Source: an uncultured Planctomycetia bacterium (GTDB lineage: Bacteria > Omnitrophota > Gorgyraeia > Duberdicusellales > 4484-171). From it: 52,858 nt of DNA. Positions within the stretch are counted from its first letter, which is position 1. Every line of letters starts with the position of its first letter. The stretch is from NCBI GenBank assembly GCA_964455085.1, contig CAYVYJ010000009.1:1-52858 (forward strand), given 5' to 3'. The translations under genes and the position numbers were made by a program. Below, in pieces: positions 1-9,782 of this stretch. A model generated the notes under the pieces. It saw only the letters and a list, made by a program, of their open reading frames with translations. It was not told the origin of the DNA and did no database searches.

Positions 1-168
1 AAATCCAAAGGTTTTGGATTCGCAGAATTTGAAACCGAGGAGCAAACCCAACAAGCAATAGATGCGTTAAATGAACAAGAATTAAACGGTAGAGCATTGC
101 GGGTAAGCAAAGCGCGAAAAATGCGTCCCCGAACCGATAGAGGTAACTTTAGCGGCGGAAGATTTTAA
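1..168 (+). CDS. RNA-binding protein, RRM/RNP-1 family (3' part; runs off window start; absent from ORF track)
   Basis: Frame 1 reads KSKGFGFAEFETEEQTQQAIDALNEQELNGRALRVSKARKMRPRTDRGNFSGGRF* with RNP-1 motif KGFGFAEF and an R/G-rich tail; TAA at 166-168. Confidence 0.93.
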   Translation, partial: KSKGFGFAEFETEEQTQQAIDALNEQELNGRALRVSKARKMRPRTDRGNFSGGRF

Positions 169-186
169 GAAAATTTAAGCAAAAAT

Positions 187-223
187 AAAAGAGGAGGAAA
201 TGCCGTTCCCTCCTCTTTTTTTT
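187..223. terminator. Probable bidirectional intrinsic terminator between convergent RRM gene and addB
   Basis: AAAAGAGGAGG(187-197)/CCTCCTCTTTT(209-219) stem, T-run on the right and A-run on the left. Confidence 0.85.
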
Positions 224-3032
224 ATCTACAAAGGTAGGTAAAAGAACAAAATTGGCATTTTCTCTCATCCCGGTCAGGAACAAAGGGTGTATTTAGGTCA
301 AATAACTCTCTGAATATTGCTTCTAGTCCCTGCAAAGACAGTTCTTGGACTTTTTCTTTTTTTAATATATCCTCTTTAGAAATAAAAGCTTTGCGCTCAC
401 AAGTACGTAGATTATAAACTTCAGCATTTACCTGGTTATCAGGAAAACCCTTAGAGGTAAAGTGATAGTAAAGGGGTAATTGAAAGGACTTAATGGTCTC
501 CTTTATTGATCCCCGGTTCATTTTCATGGTTGCCAGAGCTGAAAGCCTCTTAGGCACAATATTAGCTCCGCCAGTCTTATAATCAATTACTACGATACTT
601 TTATCTTCTAGCTGATCAATCCTATCAGCAGTATACCTGAAACGGATAGCTTTATTGTCCATCTCCCAGATGCCCTTACATTCACTCTCTAAAGAGATTA
701 TTTTAGCTACATTCCGCTCAGCTTCACTATCCAGGAACTTATTCATCCGATTATCTATAATTTGCTTTAGAAGAAATGAATCAGAGTGCATGCGACGGGC
801 AAGACTTTCAAACTTCTCCTCCATCTTCTTGAAAAAGCTCCTCCTAAAGGCTCTTTCAATCACTGGTTTTCTGCCGATAAAGACCTTAAAACTATCGGCT
901 AAAAGTTGATGAATAAAAGTTCCGATATGAGAAGCTTGGGGGTCTTGGAGTAAATCCTCTCTTTCTCTTAACCCTAATACATATTGATAGTAAAACTGTA
1001 GGGGGCAGTTAAGATAAGTATTCAAGCGGCTTGCCGAGTAAGTTGCTTTCTTCAGGAACCGCACCATCGCCTCTGTTTTTTGAACAGTTGGGGCTAGAGA
1101 GGCTACCTCCACTGCAAAACGAGCCTTAGGCACAGAAGTAACTTCCAGTTTTCCTAATTCTCTCTGTTTTGCCCAGAGCAATTCTTCGATAAATCTACTC
1201 TTTTCTCTCTCTTGATTCTCCTCGTATATCAGATGAGCTTTTTTTGCACCTGAGACCAAACGCATAAATTGATACCGCTGGATCTCCTCTTCCTTTTCCA
1301 GACGGTTTAAGCCTAAGCTTAGCATGACTTCACGGGGAATCAAAGGTTCATAAATCTTAAGTTTGGGTAACACGGCTTCATTTAAATCCATTATGATTAC
1401 ATTCTCAAAACTAAGTGAACGAGTCTCAAGAAGTCCCAAAATTTGAGTTCCTCTTAAAGGTGAACCAGTAAAGGAGATGACTTCAGCCTCAAACTTCTGT
1501 TGAAAAATATCCCAGATTTCATCAGGATTAAACTTCTCTCTACTAAATGCTAAACCACCTAACTCCTGACCTACCTGGTATAGTTTTTCTACCACCTTAA
1601 GATTAAAAGGAAAACTCCCAATCTTACTCTTCTCGACTAAAATATTAAGTAATTCCAAAAATGTAGTGCTAAAACGACCAAAATCAGAGATATCTTCCCA
1701 ATTCTTAAAAAACATCTCATGCAGTTTAGCCAGAAGCTTTTTACATTGATCAAAATTTACTAGAATATCCATATTATGAAGAACTTCCTGAGTACGTAAG
1801 TAAATCTTCTCTTCTGCTTCTATCTCTTCAAGCTTTAAGAAAAGGCTTCCCCCAATAGAGGTCTCTTCCTGACCCTGAAGAAGTTCTTCTATTTTATGGA
1901 CCATCACCCGGGTAATTGCTGAGTCTTTACCTATTTCTAAATTCTTTACTAAAGGATGGCGCAAAAGATTCAAATAATCTTTTGTATAGTAGGTATTAGC
2001 AGATCTCTGTTCCTGAGATTGTAATATTAAATCAAATAAAACGTAGAGTGAGCTTCTCTTTAAAGGGTACCCTAAAGAAATATTGAAGTCACCAAGTAGG
2101 GGGGAGATTCCAGTAAGCAGTGGTATGAGAGTCTGAGGCTGAGGCAAGACAATTAAAGTATTATCCTTGTTTTTAATCTTACCAAAAATTTCCCTAACAA
2201 TACCGACTTGTGAATGCAGATCAAAACCCTGGTAGAGAGAGAAATCAGGTTTAGCGTCTTCTTTTTGGGGCTTAATAGAGACATTTAATTTTTTAGCATT
2301 AGTTGCTAATACTGACCACTTATCTTGGGAACCTTGAAAAATAGAGACTCCTCTCCCCTGCTCGTGAATAGTTTTAACAATCTCCTGCTCTGTGGCATGA
2401 AGATAGAAGAAATTACAGAAGATAACTGTTTCAAATTCTTCATAGTTTCCTTCTCCAGCAGAACTAGCTGCCTGTAAATACCGCAGACCCCTAGAAGTTA
2501 GGCCCCTCTTTGTTAAAGCCTTATGATAAGCATCACGTAAAGATATTATCTCGGCAAGTAAATGGTTAATGCTCTCAGGTATTTCATAACCGATACTAGC
2601 GCTTCTTTCAATAGATAACAAAGATTGATTTTTAATGTCCTCTAAATCAAGCTGCTCAATAAAAGAAATAATCTCTTGGGCCCAGGGCAGAAAGGTGCTA
2701 AAAGATTCCTTTTGTTTTGCGAGCTTAGGAAGATGTTTTTTGGCTAAGGAATAAATAAGAAAACAAGCATCTAAATCATTAATTTTTTGCTGTGCTCCAG
2801 GAGAGATAAGATAATCAACAAACTCATCCATGCTAAAAAAATGCGGAGGCAGGTAAGCCTTCTTTATTCTTTTGGAGAGCTCTCGTTGCAAAAACAGGGC
2901 TGGCCGTCGACCACCAAAGACACAGCCAATGTGACTCATATCGCTATCAGACTTTAAGAAATTTTCGCTAAGGAAAGTGGCCAGCTTAGCAATAAAATCT
3001 TCGCCGAAATTATAAGTAATCGTTCTTTCCAT
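222..3032 (-). CDS. addB: AddB-like subunit: inactive helicase-like body plus C-terminal PD-(D/E)XK nuclease with Fe-S cysteines
   Basis: YSASRLNTYLNCPLQF, ADRID...VIDYKTG, terminal CQFCSFTYLC; directly downstream of an AddA-like gene. Confidence 0.85.
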   Translation of the reverse strand: MERTITYNFGEDFIAKLATFLSENFLKSDSDMSHIGCVFGGRRPALFLQRELSKRIKKAYLPPHFFSMDEFVDYLISPGAQQKINDLDACFLIYSLAKKHLPKLAKQKESFSTFLPWAQEIISFIEQLDLEDIKNQSLLSIERSASIGYEIPESINHLLAEIISLRDAYHKALTKRGLTSRGLRYLQAASSAGEGNYEEFETVIFCNFFYLHATEQEIVKTIHEQGRGVSIFQGSQDKWSVLATNAKKLNVSIKPQKEDAKPDFSLYQGFDLHSQVGIVREIFGKIKNKDNTLIVLPQPQTLIPLLTGISPLLGDFNISLGYPLKRSSLYVLFDLILQSQEQRSANTYYTKDYLNLLRHPLVKNLEIGKDSAITRVMVHKIEELLQGQEETSIGGSLFLKLEEIEAEEKIYLRTQEVLHNMDILVNFDQCKKLLAKLHEMFFKNWEDISDFGRFSTTFLELLNILVEKSKIGSFPFNLKVVEKLYQVGQELGGLAFSREKFNPDEIWDIFQQKFEAEVISFTGSPLRGTQILGLLETRSLSFENVIIMDLNEAVLPKLKIYEPLIPREVMLSLGLNRLEKEEEIQRYQFMRLVSGAKKAHLIYEENQEREKSRFIEELLWAKQRELGKLEVTSVPKARFAVEVASLAPTVQKTEAMVRFLKKATYSASRLNTYLNCPLQFYYQYVLGLREREDLLQDPQASHIGTFIHQLLADSFKVFIGRKPVIERAFRRSFFKKMEEKFESLARRMHSDSFLLKQIIDNRMNKFLDSEAERNVAKIISLESECKGIWEMDNKAIRFRYTADRIDQLEDKSIVVIDYKTGGANIVPKRLSALATMKMNRGSIKETIKSFQLPLYYHFTSKGFPDNQVNAEVYNLRTCERKAFISKEDILKKEKVQELSLQGLEAIFRELFDLNTPFVPDRDERKCQFCSFTYLCR

Positions 3033-3042
3033 TGTGTTCGTT

Positions 3043-3173
3043 AAATTCTAAATTCGAATATCGAAATTCGAAACAAATCCTAATTTTCAAAATTCAAAAC
3101 AAAACAAAATAAAACGTTTTGGACATTAGAATTTCGGATTTGTTTCGTGCTTCGGATTTAGGATTTCGGATTT
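3043..3173. repeat. Heptamer-built imperfect palindrome with 58-nt arms
   Basis: Left arm AAATTCT AAATTCG AATATCG AAATTCG AAAC AAATCCT AATTTTC AAAATTC AAAAC (3043-3100); right arm 3116-3173 mirrors it unit for unit. Confidence 0.9.
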
Positions 3174-6100
3174 TCAAGCTTTTACTTCTTCTTTACACAT
3201 TTTATCTAAATACACCAAGAACCCTCTCAGTTTATGCTGGGGATAAATATTCTTGATAATTTGAACATATTCTCTAATCTGTTTTTGATGATCAAGTTTT
3301 GCTTCTTGAGAGCTCTTATAATCAACTATCCAGATCTCTTTTTCTCTTACTATCAGGCGATCAATTCGCTTGCCATCACCAAAACGATTTACTACTCCCT
3401 TTTCGCAGAAAACACCAGAGCCTGAGACAAAAAAGATACTCTCAAGCTCTTTCTTAGCTAACAACTCCCTTATTTTCTCCTCATAAGGAGAAAAATCCTC
3501 AATCAATGGGTATTGTGTCCTAGCAAATGATACAGCTTCCTTTATCAAGGCCTCTGTATCTAGGCCCTGGCAATCTCCAATTCGTGAAAGCATTGTATGC
3601 AGCAGGCTTCCTTCTAAGATTTTCTTTCGATTTTTAATACTTTGCCAATCACCAAACTCACCAGGAATTAACTCTGGCCACTCTTTATATACTGAAGGTG
3701 CTATGTCTATTATCGGTTGTGCGTCCTTCTCCACACTTGGATACTTTATTTTACTTCCGCTTTTCCTTATCCGCTCAGGAATCATATGCCAAGCTTTATT
3801 ATTGCTATTTGAACTCTTCTTGGGAATAAAGACATATAACTCAAACTGAGCCCGGGTGAAGGCAACATAAATATTATTTAACTCATCAATGCAGGCTTTT
3901 TTGTAGCTTTGGATATAAATTTCTTGCAGAAGGGGTGAGTATAGGCGATGATTCTTGGTCATGCGTACTATTCCTAAATCTCCTTCTCCCTTAGGCACAA
4001 CGTAAGAACTACTACCTTTTTCTCCGGTCTCCGGGCTTATATCCATACGCAAGAATGGAATAATAACAACACCAAATTCTAACCCTTTGGATTTATGGAT
4101 AGTAAGAACCTTTACCGAACTACTATGGGTAACATTTACATATAGCTCTTCTTGCGGTGCAACTTTTAAGTATGAGAGAAGTTCGCCTAAACCTATGTAA
4201 TCGTCCTCTCTCTGTTTTATTAATTCTAAAAACTTCATCAAGAAAGCTTGATTCTTCTTGAAGTTTTCAGCTACCTTCAAGGCCTGATAAATGTTTATGA
4301 CTAACTCATAAGGAGATACAAACCCTACTGCTTTGAAGAACTTATCAATATATTGATCCCAAATTTCCGGGAACTTGCGACGAAATAAACGATATAAGGG
4401 TAAGTGTCTGCCAATTTTACCCTCCCGATGAAGACTAAAAATAAACTCAGTAATATCACGACAAGTAATATTTGTTAGGCGGCCGAATACCTCTCCAAGA
4501 ATAAAGCTAGCAAAACTGAGATCGTCCAAGGGTGAGTATAGGAAATTTAAAAATGCAATAATCTCTTTTACCAAAGAGTTCTCAATAACATTTAAAGTCT
4601 TTTCTGATTCAACAGGGAAACCTGCTTCTAAGAGCCAGGAAGTTATCAATTCAACCTCGTTATTATCCCGGGTAAGAATTGCTATGTCTTCATATTGGAA
4701 ACGCACCTTTAGCTCTCGGAGCAGATCCAAAATCTTCAGCCTCATAATCTCATCACGCTCTTGTTTATTCTTTTCTTCAATTCGTTCAACGTAAGTATAG
4801 CCATAAACATTATCTTCCCGTTGTTTTTGGGTTGCGTCTTTAAAAATATCAAGAATCTCATCGACGTTCTCTTTCTTCTCTCCTAACTCTTTGGCAATAC
4901 CTGAGGAATCAAGAGCAGTCTTTAGGTTTTCTCTTGAGAATACCTTATTGTTAAACTCAACGATTGCTCTTTGGCTACGCCAGTTTTTCATTAAGTAGGC
5001 ATTCTTTACATTGAAATGAGTAAATTCTTCTTTTACTGCATCAAAAAGTTTTGCTTCACCACCACGAAAGCGGTATATAGCTTGCTTTTTATCACCAACA
5101 TAAAATAGTGAGCCACCTGTGGAGAGCGCTTCTTTCACCATCTCTTCTAAATTAGACCACTGTAATAAACTTGTATCTTGGAATTCATCAATAAGATAGT
5201 GCTTAAAACGGGTAGCCAAGCGGTAATAGACTTCGGCAACGGTTATACCTTCTTCAGCGAAAAGAAGACGAGCTTTTCGGTTGAGCTCTTCTAAAAACAA
5301 TACGTCTTCCTTCCTTGAAAGCAACTGGAAAGAATCACTTATCCTCTGATAAAGCTTTACATAAGGGTTATAAGCAACGGCTGCGTCTAATTCAACCAGT
5401 TCCTTTAGTAAATTATAAATTCGCTTCCATTTTTTAATAAAGTCAGCTGGAGCTCCTACTTCCTTGTTCATTGGAGCCTGAGGGCTCTTTAAGTAAGCCG
5501 GAAGGGCAGCAATGTCAAAGATATCATCATTTTTATCGAGGAAAGAAGAAATATGCTTCTTAGCACTGGCATTCATACCAGCAGGGAAACACTCAGATAA
5601 TTGTTTAATCTGGCCCAAAATGTACTTCTTCTGTTTGATTATGTCTTTAGATTCTCCGCCAGGGAAAGGCCGAAATGTTTTTCCATACTTATTGCTTAAC
5701 CTAAATAGAGATTGCAATAATTGCAAAATGTCCTTTTTAGGAAACCAGCCGCTTCTATTTTCGACAAATAGATAGTGCTGCAAAAATTCTTCTAGCAGCC
5801 TCAATACTTCCTTTTCCTCTCTTGCTTCTTCAGTCAATGAATCCAGGCAAAAACAAAGAGACGGGAGATAATCTCGCTTTATCTTAAAGCTAGCTGAACG
5901 GTCAATGTTTAATGAACACCCCAGAAGAAGTGCATTAATAAAGCTGTCTATGGTTTGGACTTGGAAAAAGTTATAATGCCTGATGAGTTCATCCATGATC
6001 AGTTTAGCTTTACTCACGGCTCCCTTCTTCTCAACACCAAGCGAAGACAAAATATCTTCCTCCTCTTCTTTATTTGAAAAAGCATCTAAGGCTAATTTTT

Positions 6101-6323
6101 TCAGGAACTCGAGAATCCTCTCCTTCATCTCTACTGTGGCCTTATTAGTAAAGGTAATGGCTAAGATATTTCTTAAAGGAATTTGGTTTAATCCTAATTG
6201 AGGATTTATCAGTAAGTGAAGGTATCTTTTAGTCAGGCAGTAAGTCTTTCCCGAACCGGCAGAAGCTTCAACTACAACGACTTGGGGAAATTCAAGGCAT
6301 TGAACGTCATTGCTCTCAGACAT
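3174..6323 (-). CDS. addA: AddA-like UvrD/SF1A helicase-nuclease
   Basis: Walker A ASAGSGKT, ITFTNKA, LIDEFQDT, VGDKKQAIYRFRG, LTIHKSKGLEF, C-terminal RecB-type IDRL...IVDYKS. Confidence 0.9.
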   Translation of the reverse strand: MSESNDVQCLEFPQVVVVEASAGSGKTYCLTKRYLHLLINPQLGLNQIPLRNILAITFTNKATVEMKERILEFLKKLALDAFSNKEEEEDILSSLGVEKKGAVSKAKLIMDELIRHYNFFQVQTIDSFINALLLGCSLNIDRSASFKIKRDYLPSLCFCLDSLTEEAREEKEVLRLLEEFLQHYLFVENRSGWFPKKDILQLLQSLFRLSNKYGKTFRPFPGGESKDIIKQKKYILGQIKQLSECFPAGMNASAKKHISSFLDKNDDIFDIAALPAYLKSPQAPMNKEVGAPADFIKKWKRIYNLLKELVELDAAVAYNPYVKLYQRISDSFQLLSRKEDVLFLEELNRKARLLFAEEGITVAEVYYRLATRFKHYLIDEFQDTSLLQWSNLEEMVKEALSTGGSLFYVGDKKQAIYRFRGGEAKLFDAVKEEFTHFNVKNAYLMKNWRSQRAIVEFNNKVFSRENLKTALDSSGIAKELGEKKENVDEILDIFKDATQKQREDNVYGYTYVERIEEKNKQERDEIMRLKILDLLRELKVRFQYEDIAILTRDNNEVELITSWLLEAGFPVESEKTLNVIENSLVKEIIAFLNFLYSPLDDLSFASFILGEVFGRLTNITCRDITEFIFSLHREGKIGRHLPLYRLFRRKFPEIWDQYIDKFFKAVGFVSPYELVINIYQALKVAENFKKNQAFLMKFLELIKQREDDYIGLGELLSYLKVAPQEELYVNVTHSSSVKVLTIHKSKGLEFGVVIIPFLRMDISPETGEKGSSSYVVPKGEGDLGIVRMTKNHRLYSPLLQEIYIQSYKKACIDELNNIYVAFTRAQFELYVFIPKKSSNSNNKAWHMIPERIRKSGSKIKYPSVEKDAQPIIDIAPSVYKEWPELIPGEFGDWQSIKNRKKILEGSLLHTMLSRIGDCQGLDTEALIKEAVSFARTQYPLIEDFSPYEEKIRELLAKKELESIFFVSGSGVFCEKGVVNRFGDGKRIDRLIVREKEIWIVDYKSSQEAKLDHQKQIREYVQIIKNIYPQHKLRGFLVYLDKMCKEEVKA

Positions 6324-6367
6324 GATTTATATTAAATAGAAGCCGGGCTTTAAGATATCCACCAGAT

Positions 6368-6715
6368 TCAGAAGAATCTATTTTTTAGCTGTTTAAAATA
6401 GTAATTAGCAAATTTCTCTTGTTTGGCTTCTTCTACATCAATTACTTCACCACCGCAAAAATAGCCGCTGGCAGAATCAATTAACTCTGACCAAACTACT
6501 ACTAGTTTTAACCGGACTGAATCTAACTCTTCGGCTATAAAATAATCGACTAAAAGAACCTGTCCCTTCTGCCACTGGCGGGGTGAAGAAAAACACACTC
6601 CCATTAAGCTAAAGTTGGTGCTCTGACCCTTGATACAAATACCTACTTCGTTTAGCGGCCGTATTTCTATAAAATCCTTAATCTCTAATCTTATTAGACG
6701 TCTTTTATTCTCCAT
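6368..6715 (-). CDS. PilZ domain protein (putative c-di-GMP effector)
   Basis: RxxxR (KRRLIR) and (D/N)xSxxG (NFSLMG) motifs, 115 aa. Confidence 0.8.
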   Translation of the reverse strand: MENKRRLIRLEIKDFIEIRPLNEVGICIKGQSTNFSLMGVCFSSPRQWQKGQVLLVDYFIAEELDSVRLKLVVVWSELIDSASGYFCGGEVIDVEEAKQEKFANYYFKQLKNRFF

Positions 6716-6733
6716 ATTTTATTAATTATAGCA
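6716..6733 (-). promoter_or_regulatory. Extended -10 promoter (TGcTATAAT) 9 nt before PilZ ATG
   Basis: Reverse complement TGC-TATAAT(6725-6730)-taataaaat-ATG; no SD. Confidence 0.6.
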
Positions 6734-6759
6734 GAAAATTAAAAAAAGGGGAATCTTCT

Positions 6760-7347
6760 TCAAAAGCCCTCGGGGTAGAATATATCCTTAAGGGGCCGCT
6801 TAGGAACATGAAGTCGTCCTTTTTTATCAAGCCAATACTTAACATTCCCAGAACTACTCTCTAACTTTGGGGCCTCATCAGAGAAACCGGCAGCAATTAA
6901 AGAATCTACTTTATGCTTAGAAGGTATCTTCAATATTTTACCTATAGCTTTTTTATCGATAGAGCCAATCCAACAACTTCCCACACCTTCAGTTAAAAGT
7001 GATAAAATTATATTTTCAGCAGCTGCTCCGACATCTCTTAAGTCGGGAGTTTTAGACTTGTTTTTATTCACCAGAATGATTATATAAAGAGTCGGCCTCT
7101 CCCCAGGTGGAGGCATCCTCTTAGGATATAAATACCCAGCCCAACGGGTATAGCCAAAAATCTTCTCTCGTACTGGTTTTTTTCTCACTACTAAATACTC
7201 TAGAAATTGTAAATTTGCTGCCGAAGGGGCAAGACGGGCGGCATTTATTGCTCGTTTAATTGTAGCTAGAGGAATTTCTTTCTGCTTAAACAAACGTATT
7301 GTACGACGCCTGGTAATCAGCTGATAACAACAACTGTTCTCTTTCAT
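6760..7347 (-). CDS. Nitroreductase family flavoprotein
   Basis: RRRTIRLF, AARLAPSAANLQ, DVGAAAENI, GVGSCWIG, PKRPL. Confidence 0.9.
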   Translation of the reverse strand: MKENSCCYQLITRRRTIRLFKQKEIPLATIKRAINAARLAPSAANLQFLEYLVVRKKPVREKIFGYTRWAGYLYPKRMPPPGERPTLYIIILVNKNKSKTPDLRDVGAAAENIILSLLTEGVGSCWIGSIDKKAIGKILKIPSKHKVDSLIAAGFSDEAPKLESSSGNVKYWLDKKGRLHVPKRPLKDIFYPEGF

Positions 7348-7367
7348 AACTAAACTTTAAACCTAGT

Positions 7368-8471
7368 TTATTTTCCTGGTTTATATCGTGGATAGCCCCA
7401 AATGAGAATATCCTGATTAATTCTCTTTAGCTTAAGATTCTCCAGATAAGGAGAGGCTTTAAGGTTAGCGAAACCTTCTGCTCCTACTGAGCCAAGAGCC
7501 CTACTGCCGCCGATGACTTTCGGTGCGATGAAGAAAAAAGCTTTATCCACTGCCTTTTTTTGAAAAAACTGACCAAGAGTATAGGACCCTCCTTCTATAA
7601 AAACAGACATTATCTTAAGGGAATAGAGGGTTCTTAGGATTTTTCTAACTGACAGCACTCCTTTATTCTCTTTTAAGAAAAAAACCTTAACCGAACGCGG
7701 AAGCTTTCTTCTCCTGATCTTATTCTTATCAGAAGTAAAAATTATTAATTTCTCGGGAGTCTTTTGCAAAATATAAGAATTTAAAGCCAAGTTTAACCGG
7801 GCTGAAACCACTACCTTATAAGGAATCCTTCTTAGGCCATCAAGATGGGGGTTGTCTTTAGTAAAAGTATTGGCACCTACCAGGACGCAATCGTACTTAT
7901 CTCTCAGGCTCTTAGAAAGTCTTCGACTTGCGCTTGAAGTAATCCATTGAGATGTGCCAGCTTTAGTAGCAATCTTTCCGTCTAAACTCTGGGCTACTTT
8001 TGCTACTACAAAAGGCCCATTTTCTTTCATATTTTTAAAAAATACCTCGTTGAGCCTACAGGCTTCATCCTGGCATAAACCCAGCACTACCTTTACTCCA
8101 GCCTTTCTTAATTTCTTAATCGATTTACCTATAACTTTGGGATTGGGATCGCTGACACCAATAACTACTCTCTTTATGCCGCTTTTAATAATCTCATCGA
8201 CACAGGGAGGAGTTTTGCCAAAGTGACAACAAGGCTCCAGATTGATATAAAGTGTAACTCCATTTAAACTCTCTTTGGCCGCCTTGATTGCTTTTATTTC
8301 AGCATGCGGTTTGCCAGCTTGACGATGATAACCGCAAGATATAATCCGTTTATGCTTAACCAAAATAGCTCCTACCAAGGGATTAGGTGAAGTAAAACCT
8401 TCTCCCCTCCTGGCTAAGGAGAAGGTCTTTTGCAGGAAATAAATATCTTCCTTCCTTTGGGCGGCTAACAC
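7368..8471 (-). CDS. ribD: Bifunctional riboflavin deaminase/reductase
   Basis: TSPNPLVGA, HAE, LEPCCHFGKTPPC, AQSLDGKIA, SVFIEGG. Confidence 0.97.
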   Translation of the reverse strand: MLAAQRKEDIYFLQKTFSLARRGEGFTSPNPLVGAILVKHKRIISCGYHRQAGKPHAEIKAIKAAKESLNGVTLYINLEPCCHFGKTPPCVDEIIKSGIKRVVIGVSDPNPKVIGKSIKKLRKAGVKVVLGLCQDEACRLNEVFFKNMKENGPFVVAKVAQSLDGKIATKAGTSQWITSSASRRLSKSLRDKYDCVLVGANTFTKDNPHLDGLRRIPYKVVVSARLNLALNSYILQKTPEKLIIFTSDKNKIRRRKLPRSVKVFFLKENKGVLSVRKILRTLYSLKIMSVFIEGGSYTLGQFFQKKAVDKAFFFIAPKVIGGSRALGSVGAEGFANLKASPYLENLKLKRINQDILIWGYPRYKPGK

Positions 8472-9298
8472 CTATCTCTCCCGCAACGTCTCTTCATTTC
8501 TTCGACCCATTCATAAGATACATCCACCTTTCCTATATTTATAAATTTTTTATAGCTGCCATGAGCATCAGAACCGCCGCTTTGCAACAATCCTAACCTG
8601 TTAGCTAAATTCTTATAGCGGGAACACAAAGCTTGCGACATGTTAGGATAAATTGTCTCTAGGCCATCTATTCCTAAAGCAATGAACTCCTCTACCCAAG
8701 ATTGATCAAAAATCATATGGGGATGGGCAAGAATGCTTAAGCCGCCAAAACCTTTAATAAACTGAATTGCTTGGTTTACTGAATACTTAAAGCGAGCCCG
8801 ATAAGCTGGTCTGCCCGGGGAAAGATATTTATTAAAAGCCTGGGCCAGAGTCTTAACTTTACCCTTTTTTAGAAGATATAGGGCTAGGTGCAAGCGCGTA
8901 GGTACTGCCCCGCTTATATCTAAAAATAACTCATTCATATTAACCTCTATACCTAAGGAGTTAAGTTTCTCGCCCATCCAGATCAGCCGTTCTCTTCTTA
9001 AACCCCTGATATGTGCTAATTCCGACTTTAACCTCTGATCATCAGAGTTAATAAAATAAGCTAAGATATGGACCTCTAAATTGTTATGTTCAGCGCTCAG
9101 CTCAAGAGCTTCGACTAACTCGACATTATAAGTTTTACTATAGAGACGAGCTCTAGCCAAGCCATCAACAGTATCATGGTCAGTAATAGCAATACAGGCT
9201 AAGTCCTGCTCCTTGGCTTGTTTGAAAATGCTTTCTAAATCAGCATCGCTATCTGAGAAGTTAGAATGGATATGTAAATCGCACCTCTTATCCTTCAT
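8465..9298 (-). CDS. PHP-domain metal-dependent phosphoesterase (TrpH/YciV-like)
   Basis: DLHIHSNFSD, AITDHDT, HILAY, LAHP, GGSDAHG. Confidence 0.9.
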   Translation of the reverse strand: MKDKRCDLHIHSNFSDSDADLESIFKQAKEQDLACIAITDHDTVDGLARARLYSKTYNVELVEALELSAEHNNLEVHILAYFINSDDQRLKSELAHIRGLRRERLIWMGEKLNSLGIEVNMNELFLDISGAVPTRLHLALYLLKKGKVKTLAQAFNKYLSPGRPAYRARFKYSVNQAIQFIKGFGGLSILAHPHMIFDQSWVEEFIALGIDGLETIYPNMSQALCSRYKNLANRLGLLQSGGSDAHGSYKKFINIGKVDVSYEWVEEMKRRCGRDRC

Positions 9299-9346
9299 CC
9301 TTCTTCCTTCATCCTTCTTCCTTCATCCTTCTTCCTTTTTCCTTCT
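9291..9346. repeat. Eight tandem TCCTTNN heptamers spanning nusB stop and PHP start
   Basis: TCCTTCA TCCTTCT TCCTTCA TCCTTCT TCCTTCA TCCTTCT TCCTTTT TCCTTCT. Confidence 0.95.
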
Positions 9347-9743
9347 CCATCTTATATATTTTATCCAAGATACCATTAACAAACCGCGGCGAATCTACAT
9401 CTCCGAAACGTTTTGCTAATTCTATCGCCTCATTTATGGCAACCTTAGGAGGGATATCTTCTAAAAAAAGCAGTTCAAAACAACCCATCCTTAAGATATT
9501 GCGGTCAATAACTGCCATTCTTTCAATCGCCCAGTTTTTTGCATGTTTTTTTATCAAACAGTCAATTGAAGAAATATTTTCTACTACTCCTTTTACTAAT
9601 AAGGAGAAAAAATCAATAACTTCTTGCTTTTGGGGATAATTTTCTAGAAAATTGTCGAGGACTTGGCCAGAGTCAGCTCTTGATAGCTCTATTTGATAAA
9701 GAAGGGATAGAGCAATTGCTCTTGCTTTTGATCGTAAACGCAT
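9309..9743 (-). CDS. nusB: Transcription antitermination factor NusB (ATG at 9743 preferred over TTG at 9761)
   Basis: RSKARAIALSLLYQ, IDRNILR, VAINEAIELAKRFG, FVNGILD; follows ribH. Confidence 0.97.
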   Translation of the reverse strand: MRLRSKARAIALSLLYQIELSRADSGQVLDNFLENYPQKQEVIDFFSLLVKGVVENISSIDCLIKKHAKNWAIERMAVIDRNILRMGCFELLFLEDIPPKVAINEAIELAKRFGDVDSPRFVNGILDKIYKMEKEKGRRMKEEG

Positions 9744-9782
9744 CGTAACACAAATTGTCAAAAATGAATATCTATCCGCAAA

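Noticed and set aside
222-1030. Cas4-like nuclease with four cysteines, suggesting CRISPR
   Set aside because: It is the C-terminal Fe-S nuclease domain expected of AddB next to AddA; there are no cas genes or repeat-spacer array in the window.
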